From NCBI GenBank assembly GCA_048013815.1, contig CM106585.1, positions 15,438,001 through 15,502,000 of the forward strand: a stretch of 64,000 bases of DNA. The letters run 5' to 3'. Source of the stretch: Setoptus koraiensis (Eukaryota > Animalia > Arthropoda). The translations under genes were made by a program, and so were the position numbers. Of this stretch, positions 48,115-59,336 are shown piece after piece (position 1 is the stretch's first letter; every line of letters starts with the position of its first letter). The notes under the pieces were generated by a model that had not been told where the DNA came from, made no database searches, and worked only from the letters and a program-made list of their open reading frames with translations.

Positions 48115-51100
48115 TGGCCGCTCGCTCCCGCGCCGGTCGCTCGATGGCGCCTTGGGCGCTGCTCGGCGCTCATTTGCATTCGCGTCCATTCACATCTCCA
48201 TCCACTGTCCAATAATGGCAAGTCCCATAAAATAAAGTGCACACGAGATGCAGAGATAAATACATGTTAGAGATGCAGATAATAATAATAAATTGCTGTT
48301 TGTTTTTGTTCGCGGCACAACAATAGCGAGCGATAATTGTAGCGTACTCACTCAATTATTCGATCCGCCACTCACACGCTTTTGTCCGGCCGATACGTCT
48401 GACGAGTTGTGCCCCATTCCTGCTGGCCCCCTGGCCCCATCTTGCGCCGGCACTGTTCAACAGCGACTGGACCAATTGACGGTGACTCGACCAATTGACG
48501 GTGACTTGACCAAGTGACGGTGCCCTTCAAAAAGTGAATTGTTGCCAGTCTGGCAACTGGCAAGTTCCGACAGTTTGGCAGTGTGAAATTCACACACCAC
48601 TTTGCAAATATGGTCTGTGGCGGCGCCTCCAGGAGGCGCCCCTGTCACACTGGTAGCAACATTCATCATCATTCTTGAATCAATCAAATCTTTTTCTCGT
48701 TCTCGTTCTCGCGCTTGGTCGGCGGCGCCGGCTTGAGGCTCGAATCGCATCGGAGTCTTTATAGTCGCATTGAATGCATGGGCAATCTCCATTGGCGATA
48801 TACACGATATGTACGTACATGTATATGTATAGAAGGCAACGAAAGATGTAGGCAGCAGATTGACTGTAAATACTGCACTATAAATAGTGTTTAAATAATG
48901 CAATATTTTGCCAGAGTCTCGAGCCAATGATATTTGCGAGCGCATGCAACAGCCAGACTAGACAGACGGCCAAATAACGAGCAAGCAACATATAGCAACA
49001 TGTAGCAACGACCCTGGAAACAGTGCAGACGATGCTGTTATGACTATCGCGATACATGTTACATTAACTTTATCATTACATTAGTAAATTACTAATAGTG
49101 TAATGATAAAAACAACAATTCATGCTATCTCTACACTGTGTACAAGTTGTCAGGAGGACATTTGCGCAATTGGCTGCACTGTTTGCATACTACAAGTTGC
49201 ACTACAACAACAACAACAACAACAACAAGTCACTCTATGACAGTCAGCGTTTGATTGTTTCTTTTTTAATTGTTATTCTATATTACACACTGTGTAATCA
49301 TTGTATCACGCTCCAACTCTTTCGTCTGCTGATGCAACCAACAAATCACAATTAGTCGCTCTACTTGTTACTGTTGCAACTGGCACGTCTTCGTTCCGAT
49401 GGCCAGTTGAGTCATCGACCTCTCATGCAACAACTCTGTAGCGTCTGTTAATAGTCAATACATGGTTAAAATTGATCAAAATTGATATCGATTGTATATC
49501 GGCTATCCATGTGTGAATAGCGTCCCTCTTGCCGGCGCGTCGCTGCTACACATATCATACAATAATGCCAATATCACAATAGAGCCAACATCACAATAGT
49601 GCCAATATCACAATTGTGCCAATATCCTCTCGTGTAATGGTGCAACAGTGGACCGCAGCAGCGCCAGATTTCGTTGTTTCGCCCGACGAATTGGCAGCAG
49701 CTGATTGGAATTGACCGTGCAACAACTCTTCAATACTGGCAGTATGATGCTGGCAGTGTGATGCTGGCAGTGTCGGCCTCGTTGGGCCCACACGAAAGAC
49801 TGGCGAAAGACTTTTGCCGGACTGGGCACCCGTCTGAGTCAGAAGTTCCGACAGAAAATTTCTGTGCACCGGCTGGTCAGTCGTATAGCTGGTCAGTCGT
49901 ATAGCTGGTCAGTGTCGCTGACATTGACCAACGCTGTGTCAGGTGGGCGCGCGCGTCTGGTAAGCTAACTGGCAAAATGGCACTGTTTTTGGCCTCACGA
50001 TTGGGCGTTAAATTTGAATTGACAATTGTGAGCCGACGACCAGCTTACGGTTGTTGTGCTGCTGCTGTTGCCGCATCAACAATGTTGTAAGTTGCCTTTA
50101 TGTAGTATATGTAGTATTGGCCACGCTAGGCATCGAGTTACACAACAAACAACCAAACCCACATTTGCTATCGCCGCCATCATGCGATGCCTACATGTGC
50201 TGTGACGACGCCGTCAATCACTGGCAAGCTTTCGTCGCGCTGGCTTGTTTATGCAACACGACGTAGTAATGCTAAACTCGACTCGCTCGATGGGGAAACC
50301 ATCTAATTTTGCGTTTGTTTGCAACCATATTCCAAATATACTAATTTCTATTGCCTCTACACTGCACAGTCTACACACACACTCGCCATATGTCACCACG
50401 ATGCTATCAATTATTGCCGTTGTTGATGTTGTTGTTGCTGTTGTCGCTGTTGTTGCTGTTGTTGCTGTTGTTGCTGTTGTTGCTGTTATTGGGCAAGACC
50501 AGCCAAACAGTGCCGAGTCAACATTCAATTGTTGAGCCACTGCCCTTTATCGAGCATCCATGCGAAGCGACTGTGCCGCACAATTGTCCAACAATCGTAC
50601 ACTTGCGCGCCATTGTGCACGCTGAACAGGCTCCTGTTACGCGATGGGATAGGCCAGTGATGCGCACTATACACTGTATGATGCTGACAGCCTTGCGACT
50701 CGCAAGTTGCGAGGCGGGGAAGACGCCCATTCTTACCCCTGGATGCGCACAAAAGTTTCAAGTCACGCGAAATGAGTCATTTGGTCACTGTTTTACTCTC
50801 TGTTCCAGTGTCGGGCCGGACCCAGCTCCCGCGTGAGCCCGTCTAGCCGAACAGGTCTAACCAAGCAGCAGGCACTTGCAAGCAAGCGACCAAGCAACTT
50901 GCGGCAAGGTAGGCTGTGGCGAGCCACTCGAATGTCCGACGGCAAAAGTGCAAAAGTGCGTCGTCTGAAAGAAAATCGGACTTTTGAAAATTTCACGTGC
51001 GTTCAAAATGCGCGCCCAGTTGTGCGCAGGGGGCCACGTGATTCTTGCCTCCGCCGTGTCCGTAACTGTAGCTGTGTCTATGCATAGCAACGGCACAGTG

Positions 51101-51478
51101 TGTTCACTGACAAACTGTTTCTGGGCTTGTTATTTCGCGCGCTCCCAAAAACTGACTACACAGATTTTAGTATGCGCACAATGTACAGGCGGCGCTGTTT
51201 TGTTTCATCAAGTCTCAACAACTCTCAACACTCATGCGCCCATTGCCACATTCAGATTTGTGTGATTAAACGAATTGGTGAAAAGTGTCCCCTACAGTGA
51301 AAATTGCAAATCACTGCTCTGTCGCTTGTTCAATTCGTGTGTTCAACATATGCGTTCAACGTATGCGCATGAGTGCGCAGTAACATTCTCTCCGTGTTGA
51401 GTGTGTGCTGATTCGAACAATTAGCGGGACTCGTTTGGCCTTCCACATCTATATTGGTTTTACTTATATTGTAACAGA

Positions 51479-51649
51479 ATGCAGCCAGAAAGCACTCCCA
51501 CCGCCACCACACCAGTTACCACCACAACAGCAGTCAGCATACCGCTTCGTATATTATATTGCATCCTTGTTGCTATTGCCTTCGTCGTTGCCTATTACGC
51601 TGGTAGAATCATTGGAACAATTTTGTTTGGTTTGTTATTTGCTAACTAA
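51479..51649 (+). CDS. Small ORF 1: 56-aa membrane micropeptide with a Thr-rich N-terminus
   Basis: MQPESTPTATTPVTTTTAVSIPLRILYCILVAIAFVVAYYAGRIIGTILFGLLFAN*. Below the ORF-track length cut-off. The ATG directly follows a strong acceptor (TTTACTTATATTGTAACAG|A). Composition is strongly biased, but no homology is recognised. Confidence 0.45.
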   Translation: MQPESTPTATTPVTTTTAVSIPLRILYCILVAIAFVVAYYAGRIIGTILFGLLFAN

Positions 51650-51738
51650 TCAGTACACTCAACCATCTGCCATTATTGTTATGACCACATCGACACCCAA
51701 CAACCACTGAATTCCTATTATTACCAATCACAACCAAA

Positions 51739-51924
51739 ATGGGCTGCTGCGGAACAACATTTCTCCTGTTGCTTTGTCTATTGGGAGGAGTCCTCCTGGG
51801 CGTTTGGGCCGCCGAGACCTGGCAAGTGCACGGAGTCGAGGATTTATACAACAAGATGCGCGAATGGTTGAAGAAGGTTTTTGATTCCTCAAAAACTCAA
51901 TTCACCAACAGAGGCAACAATTGA
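51739..51924 (+). CDS. Small ORF 2: 61-aa peptide with a signal/TM segment and an amphipathic helix
   Basis: MGCCGTTFLLLLCLLGGVLLGVWAAETWQVHGVEDLYNKMREWLKKVFDSSKTQFTNRGNN*. Good start context (CAAAATGG) and AATAAA at 51958-51963. Confidence 0.55.
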   Translation: MGCCGTTFLLLLCLLGGVLLGVWAAETWQVHGVEDLYNKMREWLKKVFDSSKTQFTNRGNN

Positions 51925-52201
51925 ACAAAACACGAAACCATGACCACCTGAAGAAAAAATAAAAGTTTTTTACTCTTATTATGTTTCCAAAAATATAACA
52001 TCATCACGCATTGTCTAGCAATGTTACTGACTCGCCAACACAAACAATGTCACACTGTCAACTAGACAGCAGTTATGCTATTATTCCTAACTGTATATAT
52101 AAACTAACTAAAATCTAACAACTCAACACATTTTTGGCCATATTACTACAACTATTCTACATCGCTGACAGTATCGTCTCGGTGTTAGGATCCCAAATAT
52201 T

Positions 52202-53374
52202 CTATTCAATTTGTTCAAGTGCCTTTTTACTAGGCTCCTTCCTTAGTCTCAGGTCAACATAAGCGTCAGGGTTGCGCAAAATCCTATCCGACAGCTTCAC
52301 AAAATCAACAGGCGCAAAACTTTTTGGTCCCCTGTACACTGGATTTAGTGAGGGATCGCTTAGCTTGCTACACTTTTGCTCAACTTTTTGATTGAATAAA
52401 AATATAAACCTATTTATTATCTCCGATTTGGCCTCCTGTCTTGTAGCAAACACAACGTCTGTACGGTAGGTGTCTGAGTCAAACCATTTGCAACGCTCGT
52501 AGTCTGGCATCTTTACAGGCCAAGTAAATGCCTCCATTTTACTATACCAATAAGGTGCTAGCCACAGCAACTTTTTAACCTGTCTATTCGCCAACATGTC
52601 CTTGGCCTGCTTGTACAAGACAAAATTGCCTACACTTTCAGCGATCAGATTCAACGTATCGATATGTTTTGTTTTGTCCTCATCGGAGAGATCCAGTGAT
52701 TGCCCATTATCTATTTTGTCAAGTACCTCAGGACACAATTTCGCGTCAAGATTTAGAATGTTTATCCGAAGCTTTAACAGATTTTGCATCATCGCATATA
52801 AATTGACCGCAGTCAATAAGAATGGGCCTTTCAGTAGTTTGCATGCCTCACTGATCGACCTGACGGCTCGACGAGCCTTATCTATGGTAAGACCATTCTT
52901 GAGGGCACTGCCATTCATAATATTACATGTATAAATAGGAGAGGATAGCTCATTATAGCCACCAAACAATATCTTCTTTGCAGTTCGTCTGAGTTTATTT
53001 GCTTTGTCAACCATGCAGATACATTCATGATTAATAGGAGTAGTTCGGTCTATGTAATTTGTTTTGCTAGTTGGCAATAGTAGCTTGTTGATTCGCAGAG
53101 AGTACGGAATCAATAATGAAGAATTCATACACTGTTCCCTGCACCAGTCTTCCAGGTTATCTTTTGTTTTCAGCATAATGATTTCCTGAGCTGTTGGAAC
53201 AAACGAATACGCCAGAGACTTGATACTCGACACCAGAACAGGCCTCTCAACCAACGCAATACAAACAAACAAAGTAATTATCGTCGTCAGTTGAGACGGC
53301 GACGGTATCGATGCATGTGCACACAAAGCGAAACCTCTCTGATTGTTGTGTCTAGGTTTCTCTGGTCTTGCCAT
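52202..53374 (-). CDS. Intronless 390-aa orphan protein with an N-terminal hydrophobic segment
   Basis: A long non-repetitive ORF with ordinary globular composition, AAACATGG start context, an upstream in-frame stop and LTTIITLFVCIALV at residues 29-42. No family recognised. Confidence 0.75.
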   Translation of the reverse strand: MARPEKPRHNNQRGFALCAHASIPSPSQLTTIITLFVCIALVERPVLVSSIKSLAYSFVPTAQEIIMLKTKDNLEDWCREQCMNSSLLIPYSLRINKLLLPTSKTNYIDRTTPINHECICMVDKANKLRRTAKKILFGGYNELSSPIYTCNIMNGSALKNGLTIDKARRAVRSISEACKLLKGPFLLTAVNLYAMMQNLLKLRINILNLDAKLCPEVLDKIDNGQSLDLSDEDKTKHIDTLNLIAESVGNFVLYKQAKDMLANRQVKKLLWLAPYWYSKMEAFTWPVKMPDYERCKWFDSDTYRTDVVFATRQEAKSEIINRFIFLFNQKVEQKCSKLSDPSLNPVYRGPKSFAPVDFVKLSDRILRNPDAYVDLRLRKEPSKKALEQIE

Positions 53375-53985
53375 GTTTCTGGCAATCTTGACGATTGGAT
53401 TGTTATATTAGTTATGGTTTTGTTCTAGTTGTTGCCAAGACAAAAGTTGTTGCCACAAAATAAACGGATTCATTATTGAATTACAGTTCCACAGATGACA
53501 ATGGAGAATAGATAGAGATTTTTCGTTTTTTTTTTTGTTTATTTTGAGATGGTTCTGTCAGCACTCCGCAATTTCTGCATCACTTCAATGAATGATATCA
53601 TCTGGAATATTTTTAGATCTCATTTTTCACCTCACAGAGTTAGATTTCGTGGAAAGAGTGCAGAACTGACTATCTGCGCGATAGTATAAATAACTAACTT
53701 TACTACAGTCGTTGTCATTATGTACAATACCTTTATTGCACAAGAGGAGAGTTTGGTTCTAACTTCGGTTGAATCTGTTTCCGTCTCACTTCGCTTCAAC
53801 CAAATCAGATCAAAGCGCCTCTCTAAATAGTTAGGTTGCGAAACGTTGGCTTGGTATCTCTTCTAGTGTTCCCCTGAGTGACTAGTTTGACTCACATTCC
53901 GCATATGAGAAAATATTCCGATTTGTGTGACTCGCCTAGACATCTGAAGAACCAGATGCAATTTTACCATAAATTATAAATAGCA

Positions 53986-55307
53986 TCAGATACTTATAGG
54001 TTGATTGACACCGCGCACCAACTTGATAGGAAAGTTTTCCGTCACCAAGTTATTATCCTGAAAAATGATAACTAGATTGATTTCGAACTCTGCAGAAAGA
54101 TGAGAATCTTGTTAGAATACATGTAGAAACTTTTTCAATGAAATTGCTCGCCAATCTAACTTACCAATTCTAAAATTTCCAGCCTTCAACGTTGGACAAG
54201 TGAATAATTGAGGAAATATCATGTATATGGGTATTTTCACACCTCTCTCAATGTCTCCGTCACCAATTTGTATATTTTGAACTTCAGTAGCATCTCTAGT
54301 GAAATCCTTGTTGGGACTGTTCATATTGCCACACGTTTCAACGCGGACTAGTTGTAACTCAATGCTTCTTATTTTGGCTTCACAGCAATCTATCATGAAT
54401 TCTCCTGTGAACGGTTCTGAAATCTTACAAACATAACTGTCCAATTGGCCACTGATTTGAAATTTAGGAATATGTTCTCGCTTGGTGTGATACGATCTAT
54501 CTAGCGTTTCTATGGAATCAGGATTTAATGTAAATATCATAGGTTGAGGTTTAATATCGAATTGAATTGGCACTTGGTCGTTACTTTGTTTGTTGTCATA
54601 TTCTATGTAGAATTCCAATGATTCTTGGATGTCTTTGGTTAGCATGGGTCGTTTCATATCACATTTTATCATGTACTGGTCGTGGATCGAATGAATAAAA
54701 AATTCCGTTGGATTATTTGAATCTAAGTAACAAAATGTCTCAGTATTTGTAGCATAATCACCTGTATTGTTATGAAGACTCCATGATAGGTTTCAAAAAG
54801 AATGTCCCCATGGCCTGAAGCTTTCAAAGGAATAGAAAACCTGTCAATTGACGATAAGTTAGTTTTTTTTCCTTAAAGAACTTACATCACTTTAGATATG
54901 CTCAGACTCACGGTATATCGGTCCGGCCAGCCGGCAATCTGCCAGCTTTGGATAGTTCCGATGAGTAGTTTATCAGAGTAACAGGTCTCGTATTTGAATT
55001 ATTGGAGTAGAGACTGTCCAAAAGTCGAGCACTTTTCGGGTTTGGTTGTATACTGATTGTTCCCTCGACTCCAATGTGTATGCCCTCATGTTTTATTTCA
55101 GTCTTGTTCGTCACTATTATACTACCGGCTAGGTTCTCCTGACAAATTCGAAAAATGAATGATAACAGCGACGGGCCAGTCAAGTGGATGCAACAGCGAA
55201 TCTGTGGATGGTTTAGTAAGTCATAAATTTATACATACATTCTGATGGTAGACCCGAGAGACTTTCGCCAGTGAAATATCCATCACCGTCGAAGGTATGG
55301 ACGCCAT
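53986..55307 (-). CDS. VPS26C: VPS26C/DSCR3 (retriever complex arrestin-fold subunit), 5 exons, 329 aa
   Basis: Exons 55307-55239, 55138-54912, 54840-54762, 54675-54165 and 54089-53986, all GT-AG and in phase (990 nt). Motifs: KVSRVYHQ, KHEGI, FETYHGVFITIQY, IRSIELQLVRVETCG, ATEVQNIQIGDGD, PIYMIFPQLFTCPT, FRIEFEINLV and TENFPIKL. Confidence 0.95.
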
Positions 55308-56123
55308 CAATAAATGTGTCCGATAGCCCGGGTTCACAGAAGAAATGTTTGATTCTAGACTTTCCACATGTGATTAAGTTTGTCTATGCTGCTGAAACAA
55401 TTGCAACCTTGGCGATGTAAACCGTTTCGGTTAATAAAATCCAGGGTGTCATCAAATGATAATACTTGAAATAATAGTGGCGAAAATCAGCGACGATAAA
55501 ATTCAATTTGTTGGCGAATAATTTTAGCCCCCTCTGATGAATTCAAATGTTGGCCTGAAATATTCGGCAGCGGTGTTCGAGATTGGGGGGAGGGACGAAC
55601 CCGAATACATGTGCAGGCCGCGCGCAGTCACCATCATTCGGCGGCCACAAAATTTCCAATTCAACTGTTTATTGTTGTTTATTATACATACGCTCACGTT
55701 TGTATTGGCTCATTTAAAACGCACCAACAGACGCCGCACACAATGCTGCACTGAAATGCGCACACGGTGTACACAAAGTCGCGGAATGTGTCTGAAACGC
55801 GACACGAATCAGATGCATTTGGATATGTATTTATATTTTCTTCAAAATAAATATTATTGAGTATTGGCCGATTATGATCGGTGATTATTACACACTAACA
55901 ACCCATTAGTATCATAAATAAACCATGACCAGCTAATATTATTATTAGATCAGTCTCCTACTCAACAACAATTTTTCAATGTGAACAAACACACAAAACC
56001 CACGACAACTAAAACCTGCATATACCTCATACTTCCATACCTCGCTATTTATTATCAATCAATGATTCACTTGTGACCGAACACTACCTCATAAATAACA
56101 CGCTCATACACACGCACACCTCA

Positions 56124-56942
56124 ATGGAAAAGAGACAATTTATTCCGGCGCCGATTCGGCTTACTACGCCACTCAACAGTTTAAACTACAATATGGAACA
56201 CCCGTTCCGTGGACGCTGTCTAATATTCGACAATGAACACTTTCCAGCCAGAAATCTAGCTTCTAGGAAAGGATCCGAAGTGGACGCCAGAGCGTTGCAG
56301 AGAATATTCTCGAGATTAGACTTTCAAGTGCAAATCTACAAAGATTATACAGCCACTGGCGTCAAAGAAGTACTCAAAGCATGCAGCAACTATGACCATT
56401 CGGATGCCGACTGTTTTGTCTGTTGTGTGATGACTCATGGTGAACATGGAAGCCTTTATGGCTCTGATTCAAGATATCCCATAGACAACTTATTCCATTA
56501 TTTTCTAGGTAATAATTGCCCAACACTTGTTGGTAAGCCCAAGATTTTCTTTGTACAGGCCTGTCAAGGTGATCGTTTGGACTCGGGCGTTCTAGTTTCA
56601 GGAGATAGGCTGGACTCAACAGCTACTTATTTCAAGATACCTACATATGCTGATTTTCTCATTGCCTACTCAACATTGCCAGGATTTTACTCTTTCCGCA
56701 ATCAAGAGAGAGGCTCGTGGTTTGTTCAATCTCTGGTTGAGGTATTAGAAGAGTACTCAGGTGAATTGGACTTATTATCAATGTTGACTATTACATCGCA
56801 CAACGTTGCTTACAGATTCTCCTCAAATGGAATGACGCCAGAATTCAAAGATAAGAAACAAGTGCCTTGTATCACATCAATGCTGACAAGAAGAGTATAC
56901 TTCCCACCAAAGCAAAAGTCGAAGCAATCTTTCTTACTTTAG
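56124..56942 (+). CDS. Effector caspase (Dcp-1/Drice/caspase-3/7-like, short prodomain), intronless, 272 aa
   Basis: YNMEH..RG.CLIFDN.HF, R.GS.VD, MTHGE (catalytic His), GKPKIFFVQACQG (catalytic Cys), KIPTYADFL, GFYSFRN..RGSWF and KKQVPC. The first ATG is at 56124; the ORF track starts at an upstream GTG. Confidence 0.95.
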   Translation: MEKRQFIPAPIRLTTPLNSLNYNMEHPFRGRCLIFDNEHFPARNLASRKGSEVDARALQRIFSRLDFQVQIYKDYTATGVKEVLKACSNYDHSDADCFVCCVMTHGEHGSLYGSDSRYPIDNLFHYFLGNNCPTLVGKPKIFFVQACQGDRLDSGVLVSGDRLDSTATYFKIPTYADFLIAYSTLPGFYSFRNQERGSWFVQSLVEVLEEYSGELDLLSMLTITSHNVAYRFSSNGMTPEFKDKKQVPCITSMLTRRVYFPPKQKSKQSFLL

Positions 56943-57632
56943 AAACGTAATGTGCACAATCAAAGAAGAATTGTTCTGGGTCCAATCCCGCCCAAACATG
57001 CCCATAGTTATCAAAGTTCTGGATATTGTTCGTATCACAGGCTAAACACCGTCCATTCACCAATCCAAACCTTCTCTTCTTTAGTTTACAGGCAGGCGCA
57101 AAAACAAACATCCATTAATCAATTCACAACACTTCTTTCAAATCCGTACAATGTTTTTTCTAGCAAAAAAGGATCTGAAGAATAAACTTAATAAATTCCT
57201 GTAACAAATCTATAATCCGATCATTTATGGGTTTCTGTATGCAGGATCAAAACTGTTTTTATCATGCGTGGTAAGCATTCGATAAATCTATCTCGTATAA
57301 CTTGTTTCCCAGTTTCATCACATACTTTCCTTTAAATATTATGGCTCTTCTCTATCCATGATATAAGTTTTCCAATAATGAACATATCACAACAATAACG
57401 ATTAGTAGACTTGTGAATAGTATAAATAGAAATTGGACTCAATTCGATCTATCACGAAGGTATTCGTACGATGGCGATGAAAGTTACTATTCTAAAATTT
57501 AATAATTCCCCCAATAGATGAGCCATTCCCATTGTAGTTCTCATTGGAATATAAATAAATAAACAAAATTAACAAAATTTAACGTTACTACCCCCATCAT
57601 GAATCGAAGCGAATATACTTATTTAAATGTAA

Positions 57633-58787
57633 TCATACGCTCCAACCACTCGAACTTTTGGGTTCGTTAAGAAGTTGTCTAGCAGGTAAGGGCCGACGCA
57701 GAACATATTTGTACAAATGAAAGTATAAAATGTACCATACTGAAGTTGCCCATAGAGCTGCGATCAACTTTTGTATCATAGTGTGGTAAAATAATGCGGT
57801 TTGAATGAGCATGAAATCCCAAACTACGCATAATACTGTCATAAATATAAACATAAACCTTATAGGAGTGGCAAACTTCCTGTAGAGGTAAATGGCATTC
57901 TGATTCGATTGAGCAATACCCATTTTCCTATCAGGCTGGTTGGTCCTGTTAGGATGTGTCTGACTTGGACGTGATTTTGAGGGCAAATCACCTCTTATGG
58001 AGATGGCATCCTTATTTTTGGATCTACTATTGTCTTGTGAGTTTGGTGCCTCTAGAGAAGATTCCAGATTTTCCCAGCCGATCATGATTCTACTCTCGCT
58101 TATGATTAGTAAATTGGCGAACAGTAATAAGAAAGTGTGTCCAGATATATCGAAGCCCGACACAAATCTATGACCGGATCTTGTGCAAAGGTCCTTGGAT
58201 GATATAGAGCTTAGGACAACATTTTTGGTCTGGTCTACACAATTCGAAGTTAGGGCCTCGATAAAGTTATAGAAATTTACCGATATATACCAGGCTAACG
58301 TGTTGAATATTAGCCTCAAGAAGTCGACAGTTTTCAGGCCAACCAGAGCCAGTTGCAAGTGGCCATAGTAGTCCTTTTTAAGTTTGATTCTTTTGATTAT
58401 TTGATCTAGTTCCCGTTGTTCCTCATGAGATTGCAAATTGTTTGTCTTAATAACGAGGCCCGTAAGTAGCATAAAAGGCGCTAATGAGGCACATGTCCAA
58501 AACCATCCTATTTTCACACCCCATTGATTGAGAATATTCTTCTTGTCTATTTTGAATATAATGGATCTTATCAAAACGGGAGCGAAGTCGTTTATGATAC
58601 CACCAAAGAATATTATGGCCAAATAGGTTAATAGGCGATCTCGTATCGGCAACTTGGTTGTAATTTTCCGGCATATCAACATGACGAGAGATATGAGAAC
58701 ATGGCCGATTGACGTGGACGAAGTTTTAACATTGGGTAGATTTGAATGGTTAGATCTAGACCCCCATCTTGGCTTACTTGTGAACAT
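57633..58787 (-). CDS. FITM: Fat storage-inducing transmembrane protein (FIT/FITM2-like acyl-CoA diphosphatase), intronless
   Basis: K.NILNQWGVKIGWFWT, GFDISGHTFLLLFA and TALFYHT..QK motifs, with multiple TM segments. The first ATG is at 58787 (384 aa). Confidence 0.92.
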   Translation of the reverse strand: MFTSKPRWGSRSNHSNLPNVKTSSTSIGHVLISLVMLICRKITTKLPIRDRLLTYLAIIFFGGIINDFAPVLIRSIIFKIDKKNILNQWGVKIGWFWTCASLAPFMLLTGLVIKTNNLQSHEEQRELDQIIKRIKLKKDYYGHLQLALVGLKTVDFLRLIFNTLAWYISVNFYNFIEALTSNCVDQTKNVVLSSISSKDLCTRSGHRFVSGFDISGHTFLLLFANLLIISESRIMIGWENLESSLEAPNSQDNSRSKNKDAISIRGDLPSKSRPSQTHPNRTNQPDRKMGIAQSNQNAIYLYRKFATPIRFMFIFMTVLCVVWDFMLIQTALFYHTMIQKLIAALWATSVWYILYFHLYKYVLRRPLPARQLLNEPKSSSGWSV

Positions 58788-59336
58788 CTCTAGACGGACA
58801 ATATTGAGGAGCCAATTATCGTGAAGCAATTTGGATTTAGTACCGATTAAAATGGTATGAAGATAGAGAGATCACGAGTGTTAGCATTTCGTAATGTATT
58901 TAGGGCTCCTGAGATATAAAACAGTTGGTTTATAAATTGACGGATTTCACAACAAAGTGCAACATATCAGGAAGAGTTTCTAAAAAGAATCAAGATTGGC
59001 CCGAATTAGCACCATTATAGTTTGCGGGAAATACAAACAACATGTCACTTCAGAAATAGCACTTGAAACACATGAGAAAATCTTGGCAATTTCAGGTGAG
59101 AGCTCCACTTTAGATCAGACAGTTGATATGCACAGCTTTGCAGTGACTGCAAAAATTCTTTGAATTTAGCGCAATTGGGTCATCAGTGTTAGTGATATTA
59201 TTTTTATCATTATTACCACCTTGCCGATATAAACACTTTTGTCGTTACATTCGTATTATTGCATCTATGGCTGCATTAAACAATATACTATAGCCAACTG
59301 AAATTATTATTACTACTTATAAAGAAAAATACGACG

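Noticed and set aside
47717-51400. Searched for an orphaned last cyclin D exon (CQEQIE/PTDV-like) and other genes
   Set aside because: No convincing match was found in the + strand frames examined by eye. Small ORFs here, including 48457-48945 (-), could not be supported.
55537-55860. 107-aa ORF between VPS26C and the caspase
   Set aside because: It lies in the divergent promoter interval, has no motifs and shows no splice link to the caspase.
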